64,000 nt of DNA from positions 10,096 to 74,095 of the IMG/VR virus record IMGVR_UViG_3300017917_002560. One strand, written 5' to 3'. Under the pieces are notes generated by a model. It was given only the letters and a program-made list of their open reading frames with translations. It did no database searches and was not told the DNA's origin. Below, in pieces: positions 18,518 through 28,600 of the stretch. Positions within the stretch are counted from its first letter, which is position 1, and each line of letters opens with the position of its first letter. Made by a program: the position numbers and the translations under genes. Origin of the DNA: a virus. Taxonomy: Duplodnaviria > Heunggongvirae > Uroviricota > Caudoviricetes.

Positions 18518-19066
18518 ATGTCGTAGATTGAATATGCTTGCAAGGACGTAGTGTTCCATTTTAACAAAAAACACTTAGAAGACGAGACCATTCCTATGTG
18601 GGTCTTAAAAACACATGGAGAAACTTTTTATGTTGATCATGTCGAAGCTGACATGTCATGGAGTACAAAAGAAACGCCCAATAACTCACACACCAAAGGC
18701 AGTATCAAGTTCAAAGAAGTGTTGCTTCAAATTGACGAGCACAACTGCGCAAAGTTAAGCAAGCTATCTGTAATTGACAAAATTCGCTTGCGCAATCAAA
18801 AGCTAGGCATTACTCGAATCTTATTTGGGTGGAACAGCGACATCCATAAAGCATTAAAAAACAATGAGTTCAAGCACAGCCCTTTTAAAAATGTCGAGGG
18901 AGCATGCGGCACTAGCTATGTTGTATGTGACTTGTTGAAAAAAGAAGAAGCAACGTTTGCTGGGTTGAAATATCATTTTCGTGTGCTGATGCCAAACGAA
19001 ATGTATTATCAGTTCTACGACAGCAAGGAAAAGTATATCGATGAGATATACGAAGACGACGACTAA
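18518..19066 (+). CDS. Hypothetical protein (182 codons) with an in-frame amber codon at position 3 (MS*IEYACKDVVFHFNKKH...)
   Basis: SD AAAGGAG-atcaaa-ATG TCG TAG ATT GAA TAT GCT TGC AAG GAC GTA GTG is in frame with the track ORF 18551..19066. Confidence 0.7.
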
Positions 19067-19593
19067 CCAATACGCCAAACGCTACCGTCTGACCACACTG
19101 GCACAATGTTGCTGCCACCGTCTGTGATCTGGGCACCAAAGTTGCCTGCGGCTACTAAATTGGCATCATTGGCAAATCCGCGGAGACCAGTATTGCCAGC
19201 AGGATTAGGAAGATTGTTCAAGGGCATTACATCAAATATCATATATTTGGCTGAAAGTTGATCCAAGGCTCCAATTGTGTTGGCAAGAATGTTGTTAGTG
19301 ACAGAGATGTTACCACCGGTAATGTTGCCTGTAGTTGAAATAGTGTTGGATCCAAATGCGGCCAACAATGTTACTACGTTAGCATTACCATAATTGCCAG
19401 CTGACGAAACAGCAGTCAGCTGACCAGAATTATTGCCTACATATATTGCAGGTGGATTAGTCTCAAGATTAACTACAAGTTCGCCCGGACGTGCGTTGCC
19501 GTTGTATTGCGCTAGAGTGATCTGCGCATTGTCTTTCATTACAGCACGGCTTATACCTGTAATGTCATCATATGGTGGTGGTGAATTTGCCAT
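19063..19593 (-). CDS. Small structural protein with one GN fibre-type repeat (176 aa)
   Basis: TAAATA directly upstream; contains STTGNITGGNIS; ends in TAG, overlapping the convergent gene's stop. Confidence 0.65.
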   Translation of the reverse strand: MANSPPPYDDITGISRAVMKDNAQITLAQYNGNARPGELVVNLETNPPAIYVGNNSGQLTAVSSAGNYGNANVVTLLAAFGSNTISTTGNITGGNISVTNNILANTIGALDQLSAKYMIFDVMPLNNLPNPAGNTGLRGFANDANLVAAGNFGAQITDGGSNIVPVWSDGSVWRIG

Positions 19594-19613
19594 AACAATA
19601 TTTATATAACCAA

Positions 19614-19640
19614 CAAAAAAGGGCCTTGCGGCCCTTTTTG
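19614..19640. terminator. Bidirectional intrinsic terminator after the major capsid gene
   Basis: AAAAAGGGCC-TTGC-GGCCCTTTTT; GCAA tetraloop on the minus strand. Confidence 0.85.
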
Positions 19641-19662
19641 TGTTTTCGCAATCCGTATTGGA

Positions 19663-20859
19663 TTAACTGAAAGACAAGTTGCTGACAGCGATCTCGCCAA
19701 CATAGTCACCGGCGTTACCAAAGCTTGATGCTGTGTTGGTAAGTTCGATGTATCCGTAACGAGTCATGAAGCTCACGACTGGTTCGAATGTTGTTGGATC
19801 AAGAACAACGCCACTGCTCATCAACGGAATGTATGGGCAGTAGAATGCTGGAGCGTCAGCTTCGCTGGTGCCCTTATAACCAACCAACACTGGTGTAGTG
19901 TCGCTAGCATAAGAGTCAACAAACACACGCATTGCACCGTTCAATGTACCAACAAACTTGGTGTTTGTAGGTGCTTCGAATGTGCCTTCTGTTGTGCGAG
20001 CAAAAGCTGAAGTTGTTGCAGATTGCAACACTGTCAAAGCGGCAGAGCTTACAACAGCGTAGTTACCAGCGCCACGACGTGTACGCTGAGCGATCAAGTT
20101 AGCAACACGGTTGATTAGAACTGCCAATGCGGCGTGCTCGTCACCAACGAATGTAGCTGTACCAGATACAGTAGCTTGGTTGTATGTGAACTCAGTTGCG
20201 GCCAAACTGCGTAGGCTCAAGAGAATCTCTTGGTCAATTTCAGCAGTAATTTCTTGTGCTAGAGCAGCCATGATTTCTGCTTCAACGTCAATACCATGCA
20301 TGGCTTGTGCGTCTTGTGCAGATTCAAATGTCCAGCGAGCTTGCAACTTGCGTGTCTTAGCTTCAACAGCTTGCTTCAAGATCTGAACGGAAATTTGCTT
20401 ACCGCCAGTACCTTCCATAGTAGCTGTGTTACCACCATTGTAACTGGTTGTGCTATCAGTATCTTTAGGTACTGTAGAATATGCAGTTGCAATTGTGAAT
20501 GGGCTCAAAGCTTCTTGACCAGCTGTGACGCTTGTAGCGGCAGCACTGTTGTCTGTCAAGCTCTGTGCATAGCGAACACGCAGAGTGTGGATCTGACCAA
20601 CTGGGCCAGTCATAGGCTGAACACCTACCAACTCGTTAGCGATAACTGTTGGCATCACACGGCGGATAACTGGTAGAATCACACGGTTCAATGTAGCGAT
20701 ATTACCAGCAGTTGTGCTACCAGCACTTGCGTTTTCCTTCAAATACTTACGAGTATTTTCAAGAATAACTTTCATGCTGTTGCGTTTGGTACCACTTAGA
20801 CCCTCAAGAAGGGCCTCTTTGGTTTCATCCCAACGACTTTCTAATAGTTCTTGTGACAT
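19663..20859 (-). CDS. gp23: Major capsid protein (T4 gp23 family)
   Basis: VGVQPMTGPVGQIHTLR, AKTRKLQARWTFESAQDAQAMHGIDVEAE and FYCPYIPL motifs, ending MTRYG. Confidence 0.97.
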   Translation of the reverse strand: MSQELLESRWDETKEALLEGLSGTKRNSMKVILENTRKYLKENASAGSTTAGNIATLNRVILPVIRRVMPTVIANELVGVQPMTGPVGQIHTLRVRYAQSLTDNSAAATSVTAGQEALSPFTIATAYSTVPKDTDSTTSYNGGNTATMEGTGGKQISVQILKQAVEAKTRKLQARWTFESAQDAQAMHGIDVEAEIMAALAQEITAEIDQEILLSLRSLAATEFTYNQATVSGTATFVGDEHAALAVLINRVANLIAQRTRRGAGNYAVVSSAALTVLQSATTSAFARTTEGTFEAPTNTKFVGTLNGAMRVFVDSYASDTTPVLVGYKGTSEADAPAFYCPYIPLMSSGVVLDPTTFEPVVSFMTRYGYIELTNTASSFGNAGDYVGEIAVSNLSFS

Positions 20860-20880
20860 TTACGTCTCCTGTTTATTAAA

Positions 20881-21978
20881 TTAAAGCCCTGCCAGACGCT
20901 TGAGGTCAATCACGTTGCTAGTAGCCTCGTGACTTTCTTCTTGCTGGTTCGGAACATTTTTATCACCAGTTGCTACGGACACGGACTCTGCAATCACTTT
21001 TGTGGCTCTTGCAGAACGATCTTCCAATACGGCTGGTAGATATTTTTCGAAAGCACCTTTCAGACGACTTGTCTGAACACTTTCGAGCAAATTACGCATG
21101 ACTTCAGCTTTTTCCTTGTTTAGAGGAGCTAGCAATTCACGCATAGTAGCTTCACGCTCGTTGCTCTCTTTAAGCATGCGTACTTCGCGTTCTTTGGACT
21201 CAACGATGACTTTCGCCTTTTCGGTGAGTTGGATGGCTTCCGCCAATTTTGTATCTTTGTCAGACAATAGCTGATGCAACTTGCGCACTTCGGCTTTCTC
21301 ATTGAGGTGAGTAGCACCAAATTCTGCGGCGTATGCTTCAAAAATACGACGACCAAAATTGTTCTCACGAGCAACTTTGATATCTTCTTGCAATTGTGTT
21401 AGTTCGGCCTTTAGATGACGGCTAACTGCTTGACTCATCTTTTCAGCAGATTCTTTTACGAATTTTGCTTTCAAAGTTTCAAGTTTGCTACGTGCTTCGC
21501 GAACCAAGCGAACCTTGGTTTCCACAACTTCACGTTTGTCTTGAGCAAATTCTTGAATTTCACGAGCCAATGCTTGCACAACAAATCCTTCTAGTTTTTC
21601 TAGTCCTTCATTGTGTGTGCGACGATCTTTACGTAATTCGCTAATTTCTTCAGCAAGTTTTGTCACCAAGAAGCCGTTAAACTTCTGTGCTGACTCTTTC
21701 ATCTTGACTTGGAACTTAACTCGATCTTCTGCAAGTGCTTGCTTTTCGGCTGCCACTGCTTTAATCTCTTCTGCAAGACCATCTGTTACCATCTTATCTA
21801 GGGCTTCTACCATTACTGTTTTGTCGTGCTGATAGCGTTGTGCAAACTCTTCGCGGAGTTCTGCACTGATCTGTTCACGTGCTTCGTTGAGCTTTGATTC
21901 CCACGCTTCGTTGAGAGTTAAGCCTACTTCTTCAGTGATCAGGTTACTATCCAGCAAAGGTTTAATTGCGTCAAACAT
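20881..21978 (-). CDS. gp22: Prohead core scaffold protein (gp22-like)
   Basis: Coiled-coil E/K-rich protein located between the protease and the capsid gene, as in T4 order. Confidence 0.8.
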   Translation of the reverse strand: MFDAIKPLLDSNLITEEVGLTLNEAWESKLNEAREQISAELREEFAQRYQHDKTVMVEALDKMVTDGLAEEIKAVAAEKQALAEDRVKFQVKMKESAQKFNGFLVTKLAEEISELRKDRRTHNEGLEKLEGFVVQALAREIQEFAQDKREVVETKVRLVREARSKLETLKAKFVKESAEKMSQAVSRHLKAELTQLQEDIKVARENNFGRRIFEAYAAEFGATHLNEKAEVRKLHQLLSDKDTKLAEAIQLTEKAKVIVESKEREVRMLKESNEREATMRELLAPLNKEKAEVMRNLLESVQTSRLKGAFEKYLPAVLEDRSARATKVIAESVSVATGDKNVPNQQEESHEATSNVIDLKRLAGL

Positions 21979-21990
21979 TCCTGGTTCTCC

Positions 21991-22632
21991 TTAGATTTTG
22001 AGATCTCTAATGAGGCGTTTAATTTCCTCACCTAAGTATCTCTGTACTTTGTTGTCCACACCAGCTTCGCGGGCCATCTCATAGATTCTATGACCGTGCT
22101 TCATATTCATGAGCCCTTCATAGATCGCTTGGGGATACGCATTTGGTGCGCTGGGTTGGGCAACTACATCAATAGTGACTATTTCAAAGTCACTAACGTG
22201 TCCGGTTCTATCGTCAACGTTTCCACTACCACGACTACTCACGCCCAGTTTTACACCACTTTGCAACAATGTTTTAATCAAGTTGCCCATTGGAGTAGGC
22301 AATATTTTCAGTTTGCCGCAACCAGCATGTCCGTCCATCCACATGCTTTCAACACTGTGACACACTCGATCCAAGTTGATTTTTAAATCATCTGGATGGT
22401 CCACTTCACCTAAAACGGAGTTACCGTCACGGATCTGCTCGTTGATGGTCTCAACTGCCTTGATAATTTCATGGCGTGGGTAAATTCTTTCATTTGCATT
22501 GCGCTTGTCGCCTTCAATACAAATGCCTTTGAGATAGAGGTTTTTACCACCAGTAGCCGCATCGGACTCTTCCAACACTTGAATGTTGGCCTGGTGGAAC
22601 GTTAGATCTTCTCTTAGGTAACGTGATGACAT
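21991..22632 (-). CDS. gp21: Prohead protease (gp21, peptidase S80/U9)
   Basis: LYLKGICI...NANERIYP, LGEVDHP, LGVSSRGSG and DVVAQPSAPNAY motifs. Confidence 0.95.
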   Translation of the reverse strand: MSSRYLREDLTFHQANIQVLEESDAATGGKNLYLKGICIEGDKRNANERIYPRHEIIKAVETINEQIRDGNSVLGEVDHPDDLKINLDRVCHSVESMWMDGHAGCGKLKILPTPMGNLIKTLLQSGVKLGVSSRGSGNVDDRTGHVSDFEIVTIDVVAQPSAPNAYPQAIYEGLMNMKHGHRIYEMAREAGVDNKVQRYLGEEIKRLIRDLKI

Positions 22633-22639
22633 TTACGTC

Positions 22640-23488
22640 TTAGCCTTTAGCAAGTGGTGAGCGTGTGTTAACACCGCTGGCTTGTGATGTCACAGGCTTA
22701 GGAGCGGCTGTTTTAAACGCACCTTTGGCAGCGTCTTGTGGGCCCTTAACCCCCAACTCTTTGGTACTATTACTGTATGCACCAGGAGCATCATGACGAC
22801 CACCCATTTCGCCACCAGCGTGTACTGGTTTGCCAGCCATGCCAGTTGCGCCACTGTTAGCGGCAACAGTAGACTTCTTGTTTACTCCGCCTTCTTCACT
22901 TGTGGTTGGTTTTGGAGCGGCTTTTAAGCTAACAGCTTCCATCATGCCTGGCTCTTCTAGGTCCATTTCTTCAGTGTCGTCGACTTCGATTGCATCTCCG
23001 CCTTCGTCAGCGCCAAAATCGTCGCCGTCGCCTTCCATGCCTTCATCGCCCATTAGTTGTTCAAATTCGGCCATTAGCTGATCAAGCTTGCTTTCCAAGT
23101 CCATGATGTCGTCCTTGGTAGCTGGCTCATCACCGCCTTCGGAACCTTCGTTACCAAAGTCGCCGTCTTCGCCTTCTTCATCTTCGCCTTCCATGTTGAT
23201 GTCGCTTTCTTCTTCCATCTCAACGTCATCAATTAGGTTATCGGCTGCATCGCCGCCCATGGCTGCTTGGTCGCTTTCTTCAACATCTTCAACTTCTTCG
23301 TCAAGTTCTTCTTGACCTTCTTCAATGTCTTCGGCTTCTTCAATGTCTTCAGCTTCATCTAATTCGTCTTGCATTAGATTTTCGTAAATTTCACGACTTT
23401 TTTCCACAACGATATTGTGGAAAAGTTCTTTGGCTTTCGCCTCTTCATCATTGATCACGTATTCGATCAATTGTTCAAATCTGTTCAT
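22640..23488 (-). CDS. Highly acidic prohead core-like protein (282 aa)
   Basis: E/D-rich low-complexity protein between portal and protease, where T4 has gp67/gp68; TAAATA and SD AGGAG upstream. Confidence 0.6.
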   Translation of the reverse strand: MNRFEQLIEYVINDEEAKAKELFHNIVVEKSREIYENLMQDELDEAEDIEEAEDIEEGQEELDEEVEDVEESDQAAMGGDAADNLIDDVEMEEESDINMEGEDEEGEDGDFGNEGSEGGDEPATKDDIMDLESKLDQLMAEFEQLMGDEGMEGDGDDFGADEGGDAIEVDDTEEMDLEEPGMMEAVSLKAAPKPTTSEEGGVNKKSTVAANSGATGMAGKPVHAGGEMGGRHDAPGAYSNSTKELGVKGPQDAAKGAFKTAAPKPVTSQASGVNTRSPLAKG

Positions 23489-23591
23489 AAGGAAACTCCT
23501 GTAGGTAAAGTGTACTATTATTTAATAGTGTGGTTAAAAACTGTGTGTTTATCGGCAGAAAAAGGCAGATATTTGACAAGTTTGTCAAAAT

Positions 23592-23810
23592 TTATGCAGC
23601 CGGGGCAGGAGGTGGAGAATATTGCTGTTTGATCTGTTTGAGTTTCTCTTTGTACTCAAATGTTCTAACATCATTCATTTTGCGCAGTTTGTTAAGTTGT
23701 CGCAGAGTGAGACGTGTTTTACGCAAGTCCGACAAGCGGACTTGACTGTTATCTTGTGATAGATCCTGATAAGCATCAGGTTCTTTTTTCCAGAATTCTT
23801 GTAGCAACAT
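23592..23810 (-). CDS. Small hypothetical head-module protein (72 aa)
   Basis: TAAATA 6 nt before the ATG; RKTRLTLRQLNKLRKM; lies between portal and core genes. Confidence 0.65.
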   Translation of the reverse strand: MLLQEFWKKEPDAYQDLSQDNSQVRLSDLRKTRLTLRQLNKLRKMNDVRTFEYKEKLKQIKQQYSPPPAPAA

Positions 23811-23818
23811 ACAAGTAT

Positions 23819-25621
23819 TTATGCGCCGGCTGCTGGAGGCGCACCACCGCCTGCGGGCAATACTCCGCCAGGACTCATAGCACCCGGAGCTTCAGCGCCA
23901 GCTGTGGTAGGTGCTCCACCAAATTGATCCATACCAGCAACTTGTTCGCCAGTTTGCAAGTCGCTTTCAATGCCACCTGGGGTAATGCCCACGCTACGTA
24001 AGTCTTGCCCCGAAGAAGTTTGTAGATCAGGTTGATCACGCTCTTCTCTCCAGAGCTCTTCGTTCTTCTTGATTTCTTCCTCAGTCAATCCCAAGAAACG
24101 TTCAAGCAAGAAACGCTTGCTCATGTAAGGCAATGCTTCTAGCGAAGTAAATGCTCCAATTCTGGTAGTATCCAATTCGGCTTGGCGATAGCTGGCAAAG
24201 TTTTGAGGTGGGTTAAACTTCAACGAGAACAAACTAGAGTCAATGTTAAATCCTCTCCACTTGAGAAACATTTTAAATTCGTCATCTAGTTTTTGTGCAA
24301 TCGCTGTTTGCAAACGCTCGCAGTATTGATTAAAACGGTATTCTTGAATCAGTGCTGTGCCCACTTTACCGTCGCTCATGGCGCGATCTGAATCGTCTGG
24401 TCCTGTGGGCAAATAGCTACTTGGCACACGCAAGCCACGTGCCATTTTATTGTTAAAATATTTTAAGTCGTCAATTTCGCCTAGATTTTGACCGCCTTGC
24501 AGTGTGTCAACTGAACTACCGCGACCGTCTGACGTTTGTGGGAAGAAGTAATCTTCGTTAATGCTGAGTGGGTTATAACTAGCATCCATCATGTTGTTGC
24601 CGCCGCCAGTTACTGTGGGGATTCTACGCTGGTGCATTTCGTTTTTAACACGCTCAACAAACTGCATAGCAAGGTGGCTAGGCATGTTACCAACGTCAAT
24701 TTTAAACACACGACGTTCTGGAGCACGACTTACACGATAGATAAGCACAGCATCTTCCAACAACTCTTTTTGCTTGAATACTTTGTAAATCTGTTCTAGC
24801 ACACTGCGTCCAAAAGGCCAAAATACGTCAAGACCTTCGTTTAAACTCATGTGAACAACGTGCTTGGCATCAATGCAAGTTTCGTTCATGGCTGTCATGA
24901 AACGACTGTTGCCCACACCGCCGCCAGTGCCGCCATTGGGCATGGTGTAGTTTGCGGCACCTGTGATTGATCCAGTCACAGGGTTGGTCATGTAGTCAGT
25001 TGTGGTTTTTTGCGCCACACTCATGTTCTGGAAATTGGGGTTAATGTCACGAATCACATATTGCTCAGGACGCTTGCCTTCGCTTTCATTTACAATGATT
25101 CTTGACACTTTGCTCATGTCAACCCACATCATTTCAAATGTTTCTGGGTCACGCACAAACACTTGATCGCCGTACTTAATGGTGTTGCGGAACAGTTTGA
25201 ATATGCGCTGATCTAACTGATTAAGCTTGGTCCACTGCTGTAGCTGTTTGCTAATAATATCAACTTCGTGATCAGTGGGCTTGTCGTTGTAAAAAATATC
25301 AAACGGTGTGTTATTTTGTTCGTTTAGTTGTGTAGAGAACTCAGCAATGATGTCTAAGCAAGCATTGATTTCTGAATCCATGTCCATGTTTTCGTATTGG
25401 TTGTAACGCTGAATACGGTTAGGATGTCCTGAGTAAACTTCTGGCAATCTACTTGCATAGTTACGGAACACAAAGTCCGGAGGCATGCCATTGTAGCCGC
25501 CGTTGTTGCGGCCATATCCGGGCAAACCAAATTGGTTACCACCCGAAATTGGGCTCATGACACCTGAGGTGTCTGCTACCTTGAAATACTTTTTCCAGCC
25601 TTGCTTGTTTTGATCTGCCAT
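23819..25621 (-). CDS. gp20: Portal protein (T4 gp20 family)
   Basis: IYRVSRAPERRVFKIDVGNMP, EDYFFP...GRGSSVDTLQGGQNLGEIDDLKYF and LRVPSSYL motifs. Confidence 0.96.
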   Translation of the reverse strand: MADQNKQGWKKYFKVADTSGVMSPISGGNQFGLPGYGRNNGGYNGMPPDFVFRNYASRLPEVYSGHPNRIQRYNQYENMDMDSEINACLDIIAEFSTQLNEQNNTPFDIFYNDKPTDHEVDIISKQLQQWTKLNQLDQRIFKLFRNTIKYGDQVFVRDPETFEMMWVDMSKVSRIIVNESEGKRPEQYVIRDINPNFQNMSVAQKTTTDYMTNPVTGSITGAANYTMPNGGTGGGVGNSRFMTAMNETCIDAKHVVHMSLNEGLDVFWPFGRSVLEQIYKVFKQKELLEDAVLIYRVSRAPERRVFKIDVGNMPSHLAMQFVERVKNEMHQRRIPTVTGGGNNMMDASYNPLSINEDYFFPQTSDGRGSSVDTLQGGQNLGEIDDLKYFNNKMARGLRVPSSYLPTGPDDSDRAMSDGKVGTALIQEYRFNQYCERLQTAIAQKLDDEFKMFLKWRGFNIDSSLFSLKFNPPQNFASYRQAELDTTRIGAFTSLEALPYMSKRFLLERFLGLTEEEIKKNEELWREERDQPDLQTSSGQDLRSVGITPGGIESDLQTGEQVAGMDQFGGAPTTAGAEAPGAMSPGGVLPAGGGAPPAAGA

Positions 25622-25637
25622 GGTTTATTATTTATAG

Positions 25638-28600
25638 TTAATTCGCTGATGCTCTAAGTAATCTTGTACTAGCTTCAGCTGACTGACTGTTGGTTCTAGC
25701 AATGTTTTGCAGTACCGACAACATCTCGGCTTGAATGCCAGAATCAGCCGTTTTCTCAGTCATCTGTTTTACCATTTCAGACATACTGGTTTGGAATTCT
25801 TCTTTCATTTTGGTAATCACAGACGATGCATCGTTAGTGTTGGTTACCATGACTTCCTTGATACGTTCCCCAATATCGTTACCAATGTCTGGTCCCAGTG
25901 CTTTAGTGCCAACGTCAAGAGCAGCCATGTCGTAGTTTGCCAACATATCCGATCCCATCATTTGCTTCCAAGTTTTGGGATCAGTGATTATTTTTGACTG
26001 TTGATCAAGCGCACCGACTTTGCCAGCAATTTGTTCTAGCACTTTTAAATCTGTGCCCATGGGACTCATGCGGTCCTTGACGTCGTTGATACCGGCTACT
26101 CTAGGATTAAAATCACTGCCAGCGCCAGGCTTCTTTTTATCAATCCCAGTAAGCATTGCATTGGTCAGGCCTTCAAGAGTTGTTTTAAACGATTCTTGAC
26201 CAAATGATCCACCGGCCACTGCGCTGAGTTTGGCCATAACATCAGTGAGTCGATCAATACCTGGCATAGAAACCGGTACTGCACCGCCTTTGAGCGGAAT
26301 AATTGCTTCAGTATCGTGCATTTCAAGATCGGGTTTATAACCTGATGATGGTCCGCTTAGTACAAGCCCGTCACGAGCTTGGAAATGCACTGGATCGTTG
26401 GGCACTTTTTGTGACAGGCCTTGGCGATTCATTGCGGCAACTGCCGCAGGATCTTGATATTGTTGAATATCAACTGCTTCGCCTTTTTCATGCAGACTGC
26501 GACCAGGCTTGCCCACTTTCATACCAGTGGGCCCAATACCAGGACGTCCAGCGGCCACTGTTTCGTCGTACAGTCTTTGCTGATCTTCAGAATCTCGCTT
26601 GGCGCTGTTGATCTGTATAGGCTTGCCAGTGGCTGCTTTGTATTCTTCGGCAGCTCTAATTACAGCATTTTTAATACCGCTGTTCAGTCCTTCAAATGCT
26701 TCTTTGGATCCAGATCTAGCAGTAAATTTTAAGATATCGTCAAGCTTGGTTTGTTGCTCAGGTCCAGCTTCGCCTTCAGGCGGCTGTGGAGTCAGTGGAG
26801 GTGGTTTAGTAGCTCCGCCTGCGGCCCCGCCACCAGATGGAGTTCCTTTGGCAGTAGGTGCCGAGGGTGCTGATGGAGCAGGGGCAGCCGCACCACCTCC
26901 ACCTCCTGCGCCCGCAGGCGGTGCACCATTGGCTGAAGGTGCCGCAACAAATCTACCTTGCTGTTTGAGATATTCAGTTTCGGCAGCCACACGCTCGGCT
27001 TGGGCTTTGTCAACAACCCCTTGAATCGCTTTTTCGCCACTACTACTAACTAGGCCTACACCTTTGGCAATGACTGAGCCAGCACTTTCAAGCAACTTGG
27101 CCGGTGCTTGTTGCGCCTTTTCCCAGAATGTAGCCTGTGCTGTGTTAGCTTCGTCTTGTGCCTGAACTTTGCTTTTTTCTTCGTCTACTTCGCCAATGCC
27201 AAACATCTTATTAAGAGCCTTGGATGCATCTCGTGTTGTTTCAGCCAGCTTGATCATTGCTGTTTGTGCTGGTGCAATGCCTGCTTTGACAAAGCGTTCA
27301 GTAGCTTCGTTTGCTTGAATTTGTGTGTTTATTAACTTGGCTTGATTGTTAACTAACTGATCGCCTGAGCCACTCAGTGTCTTGGTTTGATCTTCTTGGA
27401 TCTTGGTTAGCTTTTCTCTAATGTCGCCTTCAGCCAAGGCTTTGAGCTTGATGTCCCCGGACAAGTCACCAAAGGTCTGATTGTACGTACCAATCTGACC
27501 CATTGTTGCGCCCATTTCTTCAACAGTTTTACCATGAGCGGCAGCAACTCGTTGCGCACCTTCGGCAGCATCCATTTGCCCGGCACTGATTGCCTGAGCA
27601 ACACGCATGCTTTCGCCTTGTGTGCCCATCAATGATTTTTGTGCGGCTTCAGTTTGAACGTTGTTGGTTGAAATGTCTGCAAAGCCTTGGGCGGCTTCTT
27701 TGCTTTGACTTCGCAATACTAGGTATGTGTCTTCCAGCGCCTTGGCTTCTTTATCTCGGCCTTGCTGGCGTAGTTCCATGAGCTTGGCGCCAAAGCGTTC
27801 TTGCGCACGAATTTCTTCACGTGATTTTTCTTGTTCTTCACGAGTCATACCTGTGAGCTTGGTCAACGCATCTTGCTCAACCAAATACTTTCTAGTACTC
27901 TCAGCTAACTCGTTTGCTGTTTTATTTTGTGTTTGGCCAATCTGCGATTGTAAACGCAAATAGCCCATGCTGGCTTTGGCTTGTTCCTCTGCGGACATGC
28001 CCAAGCGCAAAAATCCTTCGCGGCTACCTTCCATGGCCTTGCCCATGTCAGCAAACTTTTTACGACCTTCAAATACTGCTCCGCCGAACAGAGCCATGTC
28101 TTTAGAGTTTTCGCTGACCATGCCCACAAAGCTGTCCAGCTCGTTCATGCTTAGACCAAGCTTCTTGGCATCCTCAAACACACCGGTCATGCCATCGCTG
28201 GCTGCGGCACCTGATTTAGCTAATCCGCTGTAACCTTTGTACAGCTTGTCAGCCATGTCATTGGCTGCTTTGGTATATGCAGTCAGCGCACCAACTGCGG
28301 CAGTGGCGCCAGCTACAAGTAGTTTGAATACTGGACCACCAGGGATCAAGAACGTCAGTGCTACACCAGCGGCTGTGGCCGCTTCGCTCATGGCATCTAA
28401 ACTGTTGTTAAATGCCCCAGCACCTTTTTGCCCATCGTACATGGCCTTGGCCGAGCCCATGGCTGCTTTGGCCACAGATCCCAATGCATTGGCTGCGGCT
28501 TCACCACCAGCTTTGAGTTCTTTGGCTCGAGCCTCACTACCAGATTTTAAAGCAGCCGCAGTTTCTTCGGTGATTCTGCCGTAACGACGCATCTCGTCAT

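Noticed and set aside
20111-28584. Plus-strand ORFs opposite the capsid, portal and tape-measure genes
   Set aside because: They are antisense artefacts of well-supported minus-strand genes.
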